DNA of 52,178 nt, taken from assembly GCA_964394815.1 (NCBI GenBank), contig CAYMZC010000001.1, forward strand, positions 1-52,178, given 5' to 3'. Shown in pieces: positions 19,398 to 28,921 of this stretch (positions are counted from its first letter, which is position 1; the number at the start of each line of letters is the position of its first letter). This DNA is from an uncultured Sandaracinobacter sp. (GTDB taxonomy: Bacteria > Pseudomonadota > Alphaproteobacteria > Sphingomonadales > Sphingomonadaceae). Under the pieces are notes generated by a model. The model saw only the letters and a program-made list of their open reading frames with translations, was not told where the DNA came from and did not search any database. The translations under genes were made by a program, and so were the position numbers.

Positions 19398-20219
19398 ATG
19401 TCCTTTTTCCAGACAGCTGTCGAATGGAACAGCCTAGGCCTCGATCCTGTCGCTCTGGCGATCGGCCCGCTGGCGATCCGCTGGTACAGCCTTGCCTATA
19501 TTGTCGGCATATTGGGAGGCTGGTGGCTGCTTTCGCGCATGATCCGCCGGCCGGGCGCCCCGATGAACGGGGGCCATGTGGACGACCTTGTCACATGGTG
19601 CACGCTCGGCGTGATTCTCGGCGGGCGGCTGGCCTATGTGATTTTCTACAATCCTGCCCAGTATCTCGATGATCCGCTGTCCATCCTGAAGCTGTGGGAG
19701 GGCGGCATGGCCTTCCATGGCGGGCTGGCGGGGGTGATCGTCGCGATCCTGCTCTATGCCCGCAGCCAGGGGCTGAGCGCGCTCCGGATTCTCGATTATC
19801 TTGCCGTCGTCACGCCGATCGGCCTGCTTCTGGGGCGTTTCGCCAATTTCGTGAACGGCGAACTGTGGGGCCGCCCGACGGACGGCACATGGGGCATCAT
19901 CTTTCCCGATGCCGGGCCGGAACCGCGCCATCCCAGCCAGCTCTATGAAGCAGCGCTCGAAGGGGCGCTGCTGCTCATCATCCTCAACCTGGCTTTCTGG
20001 TTCTCGTCGGCGCGGATGAAGCCGGGGCTGCTGGGCGGCATCTTCGTTCTCGGCTACGGCCTTTCGCGCTTTTCCATCGAATTCTTCCGCGAGCCCGATG
20101 CCCAGCTGGGCACGCTTGCCATGGGGATGACCATGGGGCAGCTTCTGTCGCTGCCGATGATCCTGCTGGGGCTGTGGCTTCTGGCCACAGCGGGCCGCCG
20201 CCTGCCGGCCAGCGCATGA
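19398..20219 (+). CDS. lgt: Prolipoprotein diacylglyceryl transferase
   Basis: [47 protein letters not shown] and EFFREPD. Confidence 0.97.
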   Translation: MSFFQTAVEWNSLGLDPVALAIGPLAIRWYSLAYIVGILGGWWLLSRMIRRPGAPMNGGHVDDLVTWCTLGVILGGRLAYVIFYNPAQYLDDPLSILKLWEGGMAFHGGLAGVIVAILLYARSQGLSALRILDYLAVVTPIGLLLGRFANFVNGELWGRPTDGTWGIIFPDAGPEPRHPSQLYEAALEGALLLIILNLAFWFSSARMKPGLLGGIFVLGYGLSRFSIEFFREPDAQLGTLAMGMTMGQLLSLPMILLGLWLLATAGRRLPASA

Positions 20220-21259
20220 TCGCCGCCATCGAAGACAGCATCGCCCGCGAGGGGTCACTGCCGCTTGCGCGCGCCATGGCCATGGCGGCGGACCATTATT
20301 ACGCCACCCGCGAACCTTTCGGCCCGCGCGGCGATTTCGTCACCGCGCCCGAGGTTTCGCAGATGTTCGGCGAGCTTGTCGGCCTGTGGCTGGCCGATCT
20401 GTGGCAGCGCGCCGGTGCGCCGGCACCTGTCGCGCTGGTCGAGCTGGGGCCGGGCCGGGGCACGCTGATGGCCGATGCCCTGCGCGCCATCGAGCGGGCG
20501 CTGCCAGCCTTTGCCGCCGCCATCGAGCTGCACCTCGTGGAAAAAAGCCCCCGCCTCAGGCTGCTCCAGAAGACCGTTCTGCCGCCAGCGGCGCAGTGGC
20601 ACGACGGCATCGACAGCCTGCCGGCGGACCGCCCGCTGATGCTGGTGGCCAATGAATTTCTCGATGCCCTGCCGCTCAGCCAGTTCGAGCGCACGGCCGA
20701 TGGCTGGGCGCTCCGGCGCGTGGCGGCGGATGGCTGGGATATTGCAATGCCGACCAATCTTGCCTTCGTGCCCGAGGCGCTGCGCGATGCGCCCGAAGGC
20801 AGCGTCTTCGAGCGCAACTTCGCGGCCGAGGCGCTGGTGGCCGGAATCGCCCGGCGGATCGCGGCGCAGGGCGGGGCGGGATTGTTCATAGACTATGGCT
20901 ACAGCGGCCCGGCCCTGGGGGATACGCTGCAGGCCCTGAAGGGCGGCGCCTTTGCGAAGGTGATTGAAACGCTGGGCGAGGCGGACATTTCCGCCCATGT
21001 CGATTTCACCGCCATGGCGCGTGCCGCCTCGGGCGCTGGCGCCCATGTCTTCGGCCCGCAGGCGCAGGGCCTGTTCCTCGAAGCGCTCGGCCTTTCGCAG
21101 CGCGCCCGGGCGCTGAAGGCGGTGGCAAGCCTCGAACGCGCGGCCGAGATCGAGGCGGCGCGGGTGCGCCTGGCTTCTGCGGGCGGCATGGGGCGGCTGT
21201 TCCAGGCGCTCGCCATTGCCGCGCCCGACTGGCCAGTTCCGGCAGGATTCCCTACATAA
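20216..21259 (+). CDS. Class I SAM-dependent methyltransferase, MidA/NDUFAF7 family
   Basis: [38 protein letters not shown] and [12 protein letters not shown] overlap with lgt. Confidence 0.93.
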   Translation: MIAAIEDSIAREGSLPLARAMAMAADHYYATREPFGPRGDFVTAPEVSQMFGELVGLWLADLWQRAGAPAPVALVELGPGRGTLMADALRAIERALPAFAAAIELHLVEKSPRLRLLQKTVLPPAAQWHDGIDSLPADRPLMLVANEFLDALPLSQFERTADGWALRRVAADGWDIAMPTNLAFVPEALRDAPEGSVFERNFAAEALVAGIARRIAAQGGAGLFIDYGYSGPALGDTLQALKGGAFAKVIETLGEADISAHVDFTAMARAASGAGAHVFGPQAQGLFLEALGLSQRARALKAVASLERAAEIEAARVRLASAGGMGRLFQALAIAAPDWPVPAGFPT

Positions 21260-21264
21260 GGTGC

Positions 21265-23070
21265 ATGAGCAGCTACAACGACCGGATTCAGGCCCTCAGG
21301 GCACAGCTTCAGCGCAACGGCCTTCAGGGCTTCATCATTCCCCTCACCGACGAGCATATGTCGGAATATGTCGGCGCCTATGCGCGGCGGCTGGAATGGC
21401 TGACAGGCTTCCAGGGTTCGGCCGGTTCCGCCGCCGTTCTGGCGGACAAGGCCGCCATGTTCGTCGACGGGCGCTACACGCTGCAGGTGCGCCAGCAGGT
21501 TGACGGGGCGCTCTACGAATATCGCTCCGTCCCTTCGGAGCCGATGGCGGACTGGCTGGCGGCCAGTGCAGCCGAGGGCGCGCGCATCGGCTATGACCCC
21601 TGGCTGACCACCCGGGGCTTCCTGGCAACGGCATCGGCTGCGCTGTCGCCGCGCGGAATCGAACTTGTGGCGGTGGAGCAGAACCCGGTCGACGCCATCT
21701 GGGCCGATCAGCCCGCACCCTCGGCTGCCCCCGCCGTGGTGCAGCCGCTGGACTTCGCCGGCCAGTCCTCCGCTGAAAAGCGCGCCGCGATCGCTGCGCA
21801 GATGCGTGCGGCCGGGGCCGGCGCGCTGGTGGTGTCCGCGCTCGATTCGATTGCCTGGCTTCTCAACATACGGGGCAGCGATGTCTCCCGCACGCCCGTG
21901 GTCAGGGCGTTTGCCTTGCTGGCGGATGACGGGTCTGTCCGGCTTTTCACCGATCCTGCCAAGATCACGCCCGAAGTGGCGGCGCATCTCGGCCCGGATG
22001 TGACGGTTGCGCCCTATGAGGATTTCGGCCCTGCGCTGGAGGCCCTGAAGGGCAAGGTCTGGCTTGATCCCGCATGGTCGGTTGCGGCCATCTTCGAAGC
22101 GCTTGCGCGCAGCGGCGCGACGGTTCTGGAGCGGCGCGACCCCTGCCAGCTTTCCAAGGCGACCAAGAATCCGGTGGAGCTTTCCGGCATGCGCGCCGCC
22201 CATGTGCGCGACGGGGTGGCGATTTCGAAATTCCTGCACAGCATCGATGCCGATACCCCGGCCGACGAGCTGGCGGCCGAGGCGCGGCTGGAGGCCTTCC
22301 GCCGCGAATCCAACCTGCTGAAGGACCTGAGCTTCGACAGCATCTCGGCCTATGGGGCCAATGCCGCCAGCCCGCATTACCGCTCCACCCCGGAAACCAG
22401 CCTGCCGCTGGAAGGTGACGGGCTCTATCTCATCGATTCGGGCGGCCAGTATCCCGACGGCACGACGGACATCACCCGCACGGTGGCGATCGGCACGCCG
22501 ACGGCCGAGATGCGCGACCGCTTCACCCGCGTGCTGAAGGGGCATATCGCGCTTGCCTGCGCCCGCTTTCCCAAGGGCACGCGCGGCGGGCAGCTCGACA
22601 TATTGGCGCGCCAGTTCCTCTGGTCTTCCGGGTGCGATTACGCCCATGGCACCGGCCATGGCGTCGGCCATTTCCTGGGTGTGCACGAGGGGCCGCAGCG
22701 CATCGCCGCGGCCGTCGGCGCAGCTGGCGTGGATGAGCCGCTGCTTCCCGGCATGGTGCTTTCGAACGAGCCCGGCTACTACAAGGCCGGCGCCTATGGC
22801 ATCCGCACCGAAAATCTCGTGATCGTGGTGGAAGACCCGCAGCCCGGCGACGAACAGCCCATGCTCGCCTTCGAGACCATCACCCTTGCGCCCATAGACC
22901 TGCGGCTTGTCGAGCGGGCGCTGCTCACCGCCGAAGAAGCCGCCTGGCTCGACGCCTATCATGCCCGCGTGCGCGAGGCGCTCGAAGGGCAGCTGGACGG
23001 CGCCGCCCGCGACTGGCTGCTGGCAGCGACCCGGCCGCTCGCCAGCGTGATCGACAGGGAGGCCGCATGA
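21265..23070 (+). CDS. Aminopeptidase P family protein (M24B, long form)
   Basis: DEHMSEY, DGRY, DSGGQYPDGTTDITRT, HGTGHGVG, VHEGP, SNEPGYY and GIRTEN. Confidence 0.95.
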   Translation: MSSYNDRIQALRAQLQRNGLQGFIIPLTDEHMSEYVGAYARRLEWLTGFQGSAGSAAVLADKAAMFVDGRYTLQVRQQVDGALYEYRSVPSEPMADWLAASAAEGARIGYDPWLTTRGFLATASAALSPRGIELVAVEQNPVDAIWADQPAPSAAPAVVQPLDFAGQSSAEKRAAIAAQMRAAGAGALVVSALDSIAWLLNIRGSDVSRTPVVRAFALLADDGSVRLFTDPAKITPEVAAHLGPDVTVAPYEDFGPALEALKGKVWLDPAWSVAAIFEALARSGATVLERRDPCQLSKATKNPVELSGMRAAHVRDGVAISKFLHSIDADTPADELAAEARLEAFRRESNLLKDLSFDSISAYGANAASPHYRSTPETSLPLEGDGLYLIDSGGQYPDGTTDITRTVAIGTPTAEMRDRFTRVLKGHIALACARFPKGTRGGQLDILARQFLWSSGCDYAHGTGHGVGHFLGVHEGPQRIAAAVGAAGVDEPLLPGMVLSNEPGYYKAGAYGIRTENLVIVVEDPQPGDEQPMLAFETITLAPIDLRLVERALLTAEEAAWLDAYHARVREALEGQLDGAARDWLLAATRPLASVIDREAA

Positions 23071-24170
23071 CGGAGGCGTTGCGGCTTTCCCGCACCGCCC
23101 CCTTCTGGAGCTGGGCTGCACCGCTCGCGGCGCTGGTCGGCTATTTCATCCTGTCGGGCCAGGCCCATGCCATGGCCGTCGTTATGCTGTTGGCCGCCTT
23201 GCTGGTGCCGAGCATCCTTTCGGCCGTGCACCATGCCGAAGTGATCGCGGTGCGGCTGGGGGAGCCTTATGGCACGCTGGTCCTGGCGCTGGCCGTCACC
23301 GTGATCGAATGCGCGCTCATCGTCACCCTGATGCTCGCCAAGCCGGACGATACGGCGACCCTGCTGCGCGATACCGTCTATTCGGCCGTGATGATCATCC
23401 TGGGCGGGGTCGTCGGCCTGTGCCTGGCGGTGGGCGCGGCGCGGCATCATGTCCAGCGCTTCGGCCTCGACGGGGTTTCGGCTGCATCCACGGCGCTGGC
23501 GGCGCTTGCCGTCCTCGTGCTGGTGCTGCCCAATTTCACCACATCCACCCGCGGGCCGACCTATTCCGAAGGCCAGCTGCTGCTCGTGGGGGCCGCCAGC
23601 CTCAGCCTGTGGCTGCTTTTCATCTTCGTCCAGACCGTCCGCCACCGCGATTATTTCCTGCTGGCCGAGGGTGAGGATTCGCCTGGCACGCCGCATGGCC
23701 CCGAAACCTGCACGACGAAGCAGGCCCTGCTTGCCCTCGGCCTGCTTCTCGCCAGCCTTGGCGCCGTTGTCCTGCTGTCGAAGGCCCTGTCCGATCCGCT
23801 GGCTGCCGCCATGCGCGCCACCGGGGCGCCGGTGGCGGCCGTGGGCGTCATCATTGCCGGGCTGGTGCTGATGCCCGAGGGGCTGGCGGCGCTGAAGGCC
23901 GCCCGCGCCAACCGGTTGCAGACCAGCATGAACCTCGCGCTCGGCTCGGCGCTCGCCACCATCGGCCTCACGGTTCCCATCATCACCGGCCTGTCGCTCA
24001 TCTTCGACTGGCAACTGGTCCTCGGGCTCGATGACAAGGGCATCACCCTTGTCGCCCTGATGCTGCTTGTGGCCAGCATGTCCTTCAGCACCGGGCGCAC
24101 CACCGTCATGCAGGGCGCGGTTCACCTCGTGATCTTCGCATTCTTCCTGTTCACCTCTTTCACGCCCTGA
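23067..24170 (+). CDS. chaA: Ca2+/H+ antiporter, ChaA (CaCA family)
   Basis: VHHAEVIA, GEPYGTLVLALAVTVIE, PEG...AARANRLQTSMNLALGS, multiple TM segments. Confidence 0.85.
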   Translation: MTEALRLSRTAPFWSWAAPLAALVGYFILSGQAHAMAVVMLLAALLVPSILSAVHHAEVIAVRLGEPYGTLVLALAVTVIECALIVTLMLAKPDDTATLLRDTVYSAVMIILGGVVGLCLAVGAARHHVQRFGLDGVSAASTALAALAVLVLVLPNFTTSTRGPTYSEGQLLLVGAASLSLWLLFIFVQTVRHRDYFLLAEGEDSPGTPHGPETCTTKQALLALGLLLASLGAVVLLSKALSDPLAAAMRATGAPVAAVGVIIAGLVLMPEGLAALKAARANRLQTSMNLALGSALATIGLTVPIITGLSLIFDWQLVLGLDDKGITLVALMLLVASMSFSTGRTTVMQGAVHLVIFAFFLFTSFTP

Positions 24171-24281
24171 CCTAAGACACGCCCTGCCTCGACAGGGCAC
24201 AAAGTCCGGGACGAATCGTTAACCCATCAACCGGGCCTTCTTCGCGCCCTTCACCGACCATCCTGAAAGGAGACGTTTCTC

Positions 24282-24947
24282 ATGCCTGCCAAGTTCAGCC
24301 TTCCGCCGCTGCCCTTCGCGACCGACGCGCTGCAGCCGGCGATTTCGGCCGCCACCTTCGCCCAGCACCATGCCGGCCACCATCAGGCCTATGTGGACAA
24401 GCTGAACGCCCTTGCGGCGGATGAAGGCATGGAGAATGCCGGCCTTCTGGAGATCATCCGCGAGACGGCCGACGCCGACCCCGAGGACGTGTCCGAACTG
24501 GTTTCGGCCGGCGAACTCTTCGTTCATGCCGCCCAGCACTTCAACCACAGCTTCTACTGGAAAAGCCTCAGCCCCGATGGCGGCGCCCCCACGGGCGATC
24601 TTCTGAAAGCCATCGAAAAGGCGTTCGGCTCGGTCGATGAACTGAAGGCGAAGATCGTGGCCGAAGGCCTCGACCATTTCGCCAGCGGCTGGGTGTGGCT
24701 TGTTGCCGATGGCGACGAGCTTTCGGTGATGTCCACCCACGACGCACAGACCCCGGTGATCGACGAGGATCTGAAGCCCCTTCTCGTGATCGACCTGTGG
24801 GAGCACGCCTATTACATCGACCACCAGCGCGCCCGTAAGGCCTATCTTGAGGCCGTGACCGCGCGCCACCTGAACTGGGCCTTTGCGGCCGAAGCCCTTG
24901 CCGCCGACAGCGTCGAGGCACTCGAACTCGGCATCGCCAACGGCTGA
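24282..24947 (+). CDS. Fe/Mn superoxide dismutase (Fe-type signature)
   Basis: LPPLPF, HHAGHHQAYV, AAQHFNHSFYW, FASGWVWL and DLWEHAYY. RBS AAGGAG. Confidence 0.93.
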   Translation: MPAKFSLPPLPFATDALQPAISAATFAQHHAGHHQAYVDKLNALAADEGMENAGLLEIIRETADADPEDVSELVSAGELFVHAAQHFNHSFYWKSLSPDGGAPTGDLLKAIEKAFGSVDELKAKIVAEGLDHFASGWVWLVADGDELSVMSTHDAQTPVIDEDLKPLLVIDLWEHAYYIDHQRARKAYLEAVTARHLNWAFAAEALAADSVEALELGIANG

Positions 24948-24971
24948 TTCGCCGGAGGCTGATGACATTGC

Positions 24972-25008
24972 GGCGGGCCGGGGTGAAACCCGGCCCGCCA
25001 TTTTGTTT
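24972..25008 (+). terminator. Rho-independent terminator after the SOD gene
   Basis: GGCGGGCCGGG-GTGAAA-CCCGGCCCGCC followed by ATTTTGTTT. Confidence 0.85.
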
Positions 25009-25051
25009 CCACTGATATGGTCAGGGCGAAAGCAGCTCCTGCAACCCTTCT

Positions 25052-25723
25052 TCAGGTCGTCGAGGCAAACTGCTCCACGGCCGATGTCGGGCCCGAGACG
25101 ATCAGCAGGTCCGACATGTAGACGATGGTGTCGGGATAGGCGGTGATCATCGGTTCGCGCGGGCGTTTCACCCCCACGACCGTCACGCCATATTTCTGCC
25201 TTATGTCCGTCTGCAGCAGCGTCTTGCCCGCCATGAAGCGGGGCGTGCGCGTCTTCACGATGGCGAAACCGTCGTCGAATTCGATGAAATCCATCATCTT
25301 GCCGGTCACCAGATGAGCGACGCGCTCGCCCATTTCCGCTTCCGGATAGACCACATGGCTCACCCCCACCCGTTCCAGGATGCGGCCATGGTTGACGTTC
25401 ACCGCCTTGGCCCAGATGTCCTTGCAGCCGGCATCGGCGAGCGCGACGGCTGTGAGCACGCTCGCCTCGATATCCGAACCGATGCCCACGACGCCATGCG
25501 CCATGTCGCCCGCGCCCAGCTTCTTGAGCGTTGCAGTGTTCGTGGTGTCGGCCTGGACCACATGGGTCAGTTCCTCCGACCATTGCTGCACGATGTCCAT
25601 GTCCTGGTCGATGCCGAGCACTTCATGGCCCATGCGGATCAGCGAGCGGGCGACCGCGCCGCCGAAGCGGCCCAGCCCGATGACGAGTACGGGGGGGGCG
25701 CTGCTGTTGTGATCAGCCGACAA
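25052..25723 (-). CDS. TrkA/KtrA family K+ uptake regulatory (RCK) subunit
   Basis: VIGLGRFG Rossmann motif, VVGIGSDIEAS, AKA, VVYPE and a C-terminal TrkA-C domain. Probable TTG start at 25723 overlaps the end of the membrane subunit gene. Confidence 0.9.
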   Translation of the reverse strand: MSADHNSSAPPVLVIGLGRFGGAVARSLIRMGHEVLGIDQDMDIVQQWSEELTHVVQADTTNTATLKKLGAGDMAHGVVGIGSDIEASVLTAVALADAGCKDIWAKAVNVNHGRILERVGVSHVVYPEAEMGERVAHLVTGKMMDFIEFDDGFAIVKTRTPRFMAGKTLLQTDIRQKYGVTVVGVKRPREPMITAYPDTIVYMSDLLIVSGPTSAVEQFASTT

Positions 25724-27098
25724 TGGGTCTCTCCTCGGGGTAGCGATAGGGCATGCTGCGAAGCCTGAGTGCAAAGGCCGCCGCCAGGCTGACGGTGCCG
25801 ACGCGGCCGATGTACATGAGGGCGACGAGGATGAGCTGGCCGGCCGGTGGCATGCTGGCCGACAGGCCGGTCGACAGGCCAACGGTTCCGAAGGCCGAGA
25901 CGGCCTCGAACATGATCTTTTCGACCGGGGCCTCGACGAAGGCTGCAAGGGCGAGGATTCCGGCCGAGACCGCGCCCACGGCCAGCAGGACAATGGCGGT
26001 GGCCTGGCGCTGGATGTCCGGCGCCAGGCGGCGGCGGAACGCGATGGAATCCGGGTGGCCGCGGATTTCGGACCAGACGACAAAGCCCAGAAGCAGGAAG
26101 GTGGTGATGCGGATGCCGCCGGCGGTTGAGGCGCTGCCGCCGCCGATCAGCATCAGGGCGGTCGAGACGAGAAGCGAATCCGGCCCCAGGGCCGACATGT
26201 CATGCGTGTTGAACCCGCCCGAACGGGTCATCACCGAATGGAAGAAGGCGCCCAGGATCCTGCCGCCGGGATTCTCGGGGCCGAGTGTCTTCGGGTTCGA
26301 CCATTCGAACAGAAGCAGGCCAAGGGTGCCCACGACAAGCAGGCCGAGGCTGCCCCACAGCGTGAGTTTGGTGTGGATCGACCAGCTGCGCGGCTGGCGC
26401 CATTCCGTCCGCAGTTCGTGCAGAACGGGAAAGCCGATGCCGCCGGCGATCACGCCGATGACAAGCGGGGTCAGGAGCCACAGGTCGGACCGGTGGGGCA
26501 TCAAGCCGTCTGGCAGGGTGGTGAAACCGGCATTGTTGAAGGCGGAAACGGCGTGGAAGAGGCCGTGCCAGGCGGCGTCGGGAATGGAAAAGCCAAGGCC
26601 CATCCAGAAGCGCAGGAAAAGGGCGACGGCGAGCACGGCTTCCGTTGCAAGCGAGGCAACAAGCACCAGCCGCACGACATGGCGCACATCGCCGAGATCG
26701 AGGCTGCGCATTTCGGCCGAAGCCATGAGCTGGCTTCTGAGGCGCATCTGCTTCGACACGAGCAGGCCGATGAGTGTCGCCCCTGTCATGATGCCGAAGC
26801 CGCCCGCCTGGAACAGCCCAAGGATGACGACATGGCCGAAGGGCGACCAGTAGGTGGGGGTGTCGACGACTGTCAGCCCGGTGACGCACAGCGCCGAGGT
26901 GGCCGTGAACAGCGCCGTCACGAAATCCGCATTGCCGCTGCCAGTTCGGGAAACAGGCATCATCAGAAGCAGGGTGCCCGCCGCGATCCCGATCAGGAAG
27001 GCCAGCGGAATGATCCGCTCGGGCCTCGGGATGGCGCGTGCTTCAAGCCCTGGTGTCACCTGCACTCCTGATGCCGAAGCCGGCGTGGCGGCCTTCAT
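25713..27098 (-). CDS. TrkH/KtrB family K+ uptake membrane subunit
   Basis: Four pore motifs: SALCVTGL, SAFNNAGF, TRSGGF and SAFGTVGL. Also GGGSASTAGGI and MYIGRVG. Confidence 0.93.
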   Translation of the reverse strand: MKAATPASASGVQVTPGLEARAIPRPERIIPLAFLIGIAAGTLLLMMPVSRTGSGNADFVTALFTATSALCVTGLTVVDTPTYWSPFGHVVILGLFQAGGFGIMTGATLIGLLVSKQMRLRSQLMASAEMRSLDLGDVRHVVRLVLVASLATEAVLAVALFLRFWMGLGFSIPDAAWHGLFHAVSAFNNAGFTTLPDGLMPHRSDLWLLTPLVIGVIAGGIGFPVLHELRTEWRQPRSWSIHTKLTLWGSLGLLVVGTLGLLLFEWSNPKTLGPENPGGRILGAFFHSVMTRSGGFNTHDMSALGPDSLLVSTALMLIGGGSASTAGGIRITTFLLLGFVVWSEIRGHPDSIAFRRRLAPDIQRQATAIVLLAVGAVSAGILALAAFVEAPVEKIMFEAVSAFGTVGLSTGLSASMPPAGQLILVALMYIGRVGTVSLAAAFALRLRSMPYRYPEERPIVG

Positions 27099-28909
27099 CC
27101 GGCATCTATCTGCCCCAGCCCGCTTTCGGGCGCAACGCGGCGCTTCAGCCGGGCCGGATCGACAAGGGCCGCCGATGATGCGCCAAGCGGCGAAGGCGCG
27201 CCCATGGCGCAGGCGGCCACATGTTCGGCCAGAAGCGGGGCAAGGGTGAAGCCACGCCCGCCAAGGCCCGAGAGGATGAACAGGCCGTCTTCGATCCGGC
27301 CGGCCAGGGGCTGGTGATCGGGCGAGGCCGCGCGCACGCCGGCTACCGCATCCAGCGGCAGGCCACGAAGCCGGGCCGCCAGCGCCGGGCGCATTCGCGC
27401 AAGCTTGTCGAGATTGCGGTCATTGTCCTCGGCGCGGACTGCCGGGTCAGGGTCATCCCGGCCATGGGTGGCGCCGAAAAGCACACCACCCGGTGTCGGA
27501 ATGGCATAGCCGCCCCAGCTGGCCGGCGCGCCGCCAGGCTCTTCGCGCGCAAGCGTCACCTGCCCGCGAACCGGGCGCAGCGGCAGGCCGGTGAGGGCCG
27601 CGCTCCCTGGCCCGGCGGCGATGACGAGGCAGTCCGCTTCGGCGAGCAGCGCCCCGCCTTCCGCGAACAGCTGCCAGCCCCCCGGACCCGCGCGGGCGAT
27701 ACGGGCGATGCGCCGGGCTTCGGGCTGGCCGCCCAGCCCGGCCGAACCTGACCATGCTGCGCGCAGCCGTTGCGGCCGCAGGACGAGGGCATCGGCCACC
27801 CACAGCGCTTCATCGGTAACCACTTCACCCAGCCGCGCGCTCGTGGCCCCGGCGTCGAGCCACTGCAGGCTTCCCGGATCGAAGAGGCCGCTGTCCAGCG
27901 TTGCCCGGCCGCGTTCCGGCTCGCCGCGCCCCGCCAGGATCCTGAGCGCACCAGTGCCGAGGACCGCATCCGCAGCCGTCTGGCGCACGAGGTCCACGGC
28001 GCGGCGGAAGGCCTGGGCATGAAGCTGCGCGCCGGCGCTGCTGCCGGCTGCAAGCCGGGGCGACACAAGGGCGGCGGGGTTCCCCGAGGCCATGGGGCCT
28101 TGCGCGAAGAGCCGGGGTCCGGCCCCCAGCGCCCGGAAGGCGCGGGCAAGGGCCGCGCCCGCGATGCCGGCCCCGATGATGGCGATGCGCCGGGGTGGGC
28201 TTTGGTTGACGGCGACACCGGGCAGTTCCGCTTCCAGCCGCTCGCGCTTGCGGCCGAAGCCGGGCTTGCGGTTCAGCGTGAAACCGGCTGCCGAAAGACC
28301 GTCGCGGACGATGCGGGCGACGCTGTAGGTTGCAGCCCGCGCCCCCGGCGCGGAACGTGCCGCGATGGCCGCCATCAGGTCCGGCGACCACATGTCGGGG
28401 TTGAGGGCGGGCGCGAAGCCGTCGAGGAACCATGCATCCGCCCTGCCGGACCACTGGGAAAGCGCCTCGCCTGCATCGAGAATGGCAAGATCGAGCGTGA
28501 CGCCATGGTCTGGCCACTGGATGCGGTGGAAACCGCGCGCGCCCTTCGGCCATTGCGCCAGCAGGGCGGCGGCAAGATCGGCAAGCTCCGGAAAGGCGGC
28601 CAGCGCGCGGGCGGCATCGGCGACCGGCAGCGGAAAGCCTTCCACGGAGAACAGCCCGAGATGGCCGCCCGCCGGCCGGTGCCGCCGCCACAGGTCGATG
28701 AGCGCAAGCATGTTGAGGCCGGTGCCGAAGCCCAGTTCCCCGACGGTGAAGTGGGCGCGCCCGGCCCAGCGGCCGGGCAGGCCGCAGCCTTCGAGAAAGA
28801 CGGCGCGGCTTTCCGCCAGCCCGCCCTCGCGGGAGAAATAGACATCGCCATGCCGCGCGGACCGCAGATGGCCGCCGGCCCAGTCCGGGCCGGGATCATG
28901 TGCTGTCAT
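27095..28909 (-). CDS. mnmC: Bifunctional tRNA mnm5s2U34 biosynthesis protein MnmC
   Basis: DVYFS, ELGFGTGLN, DAWFLDGFAPALNPDMW and GFGRKRE, then an FAD oxidase domain (IIGAGIAG, ASGN, RGQ, GLGGRG). Confidence 0.92.
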   Translation of the reverse strand: MTAHDPGPDWAGGHLRSARHGDVYFSREGGLAESRAVFLEGCGLPGRWAGRAHFTVGELGFGTGLNMLALIDLWRRHRPAGGHLGLFSVEGFPLPVADAARALAAFPELADLAAALLAQWPKGARGFHRIQWPDHGVTLDLAILDAGEALSQWSGRADAWFLDGFAPALNPDMWSPDLMAAIAARSAPGARAATYSVARIVRDGLSAAGFTLNRKPGFGRKRERLEAELPGVAVNQSPPRRIAIIGAGIAGAALARAFRALGAGPRLFAQGPMASGNPAALVSPRLAAGSSAGAQLHAQAFRRAVDLVRQTAADAVLGTGALRILAGRGEPERGRATLDSGLFDPGSLQWLDAGATSARLGEVVTDEALWVADALVLRPQRLRAAWSGSAGLGGQPEARRIARIARAGPGGWQLFAEGGALLAEADCLVIAAGPGSAALTGLPLRPVRGQVTLAREEPGGAPASWGGYAIPTPGGVLFGATHGRDDPDPAVRAEDNDRNLDKLARMRPALAARLRGLPLDAVAGVRAASPDHQPLAGRIEDGLFILSGLGGRGFTLAPLLAEHVAACAMGAPSPLGASSAALVDPARLKRRVAPESGLGQIDAG

Positions 28910-28921
28910 GGCCGGTGCGCC

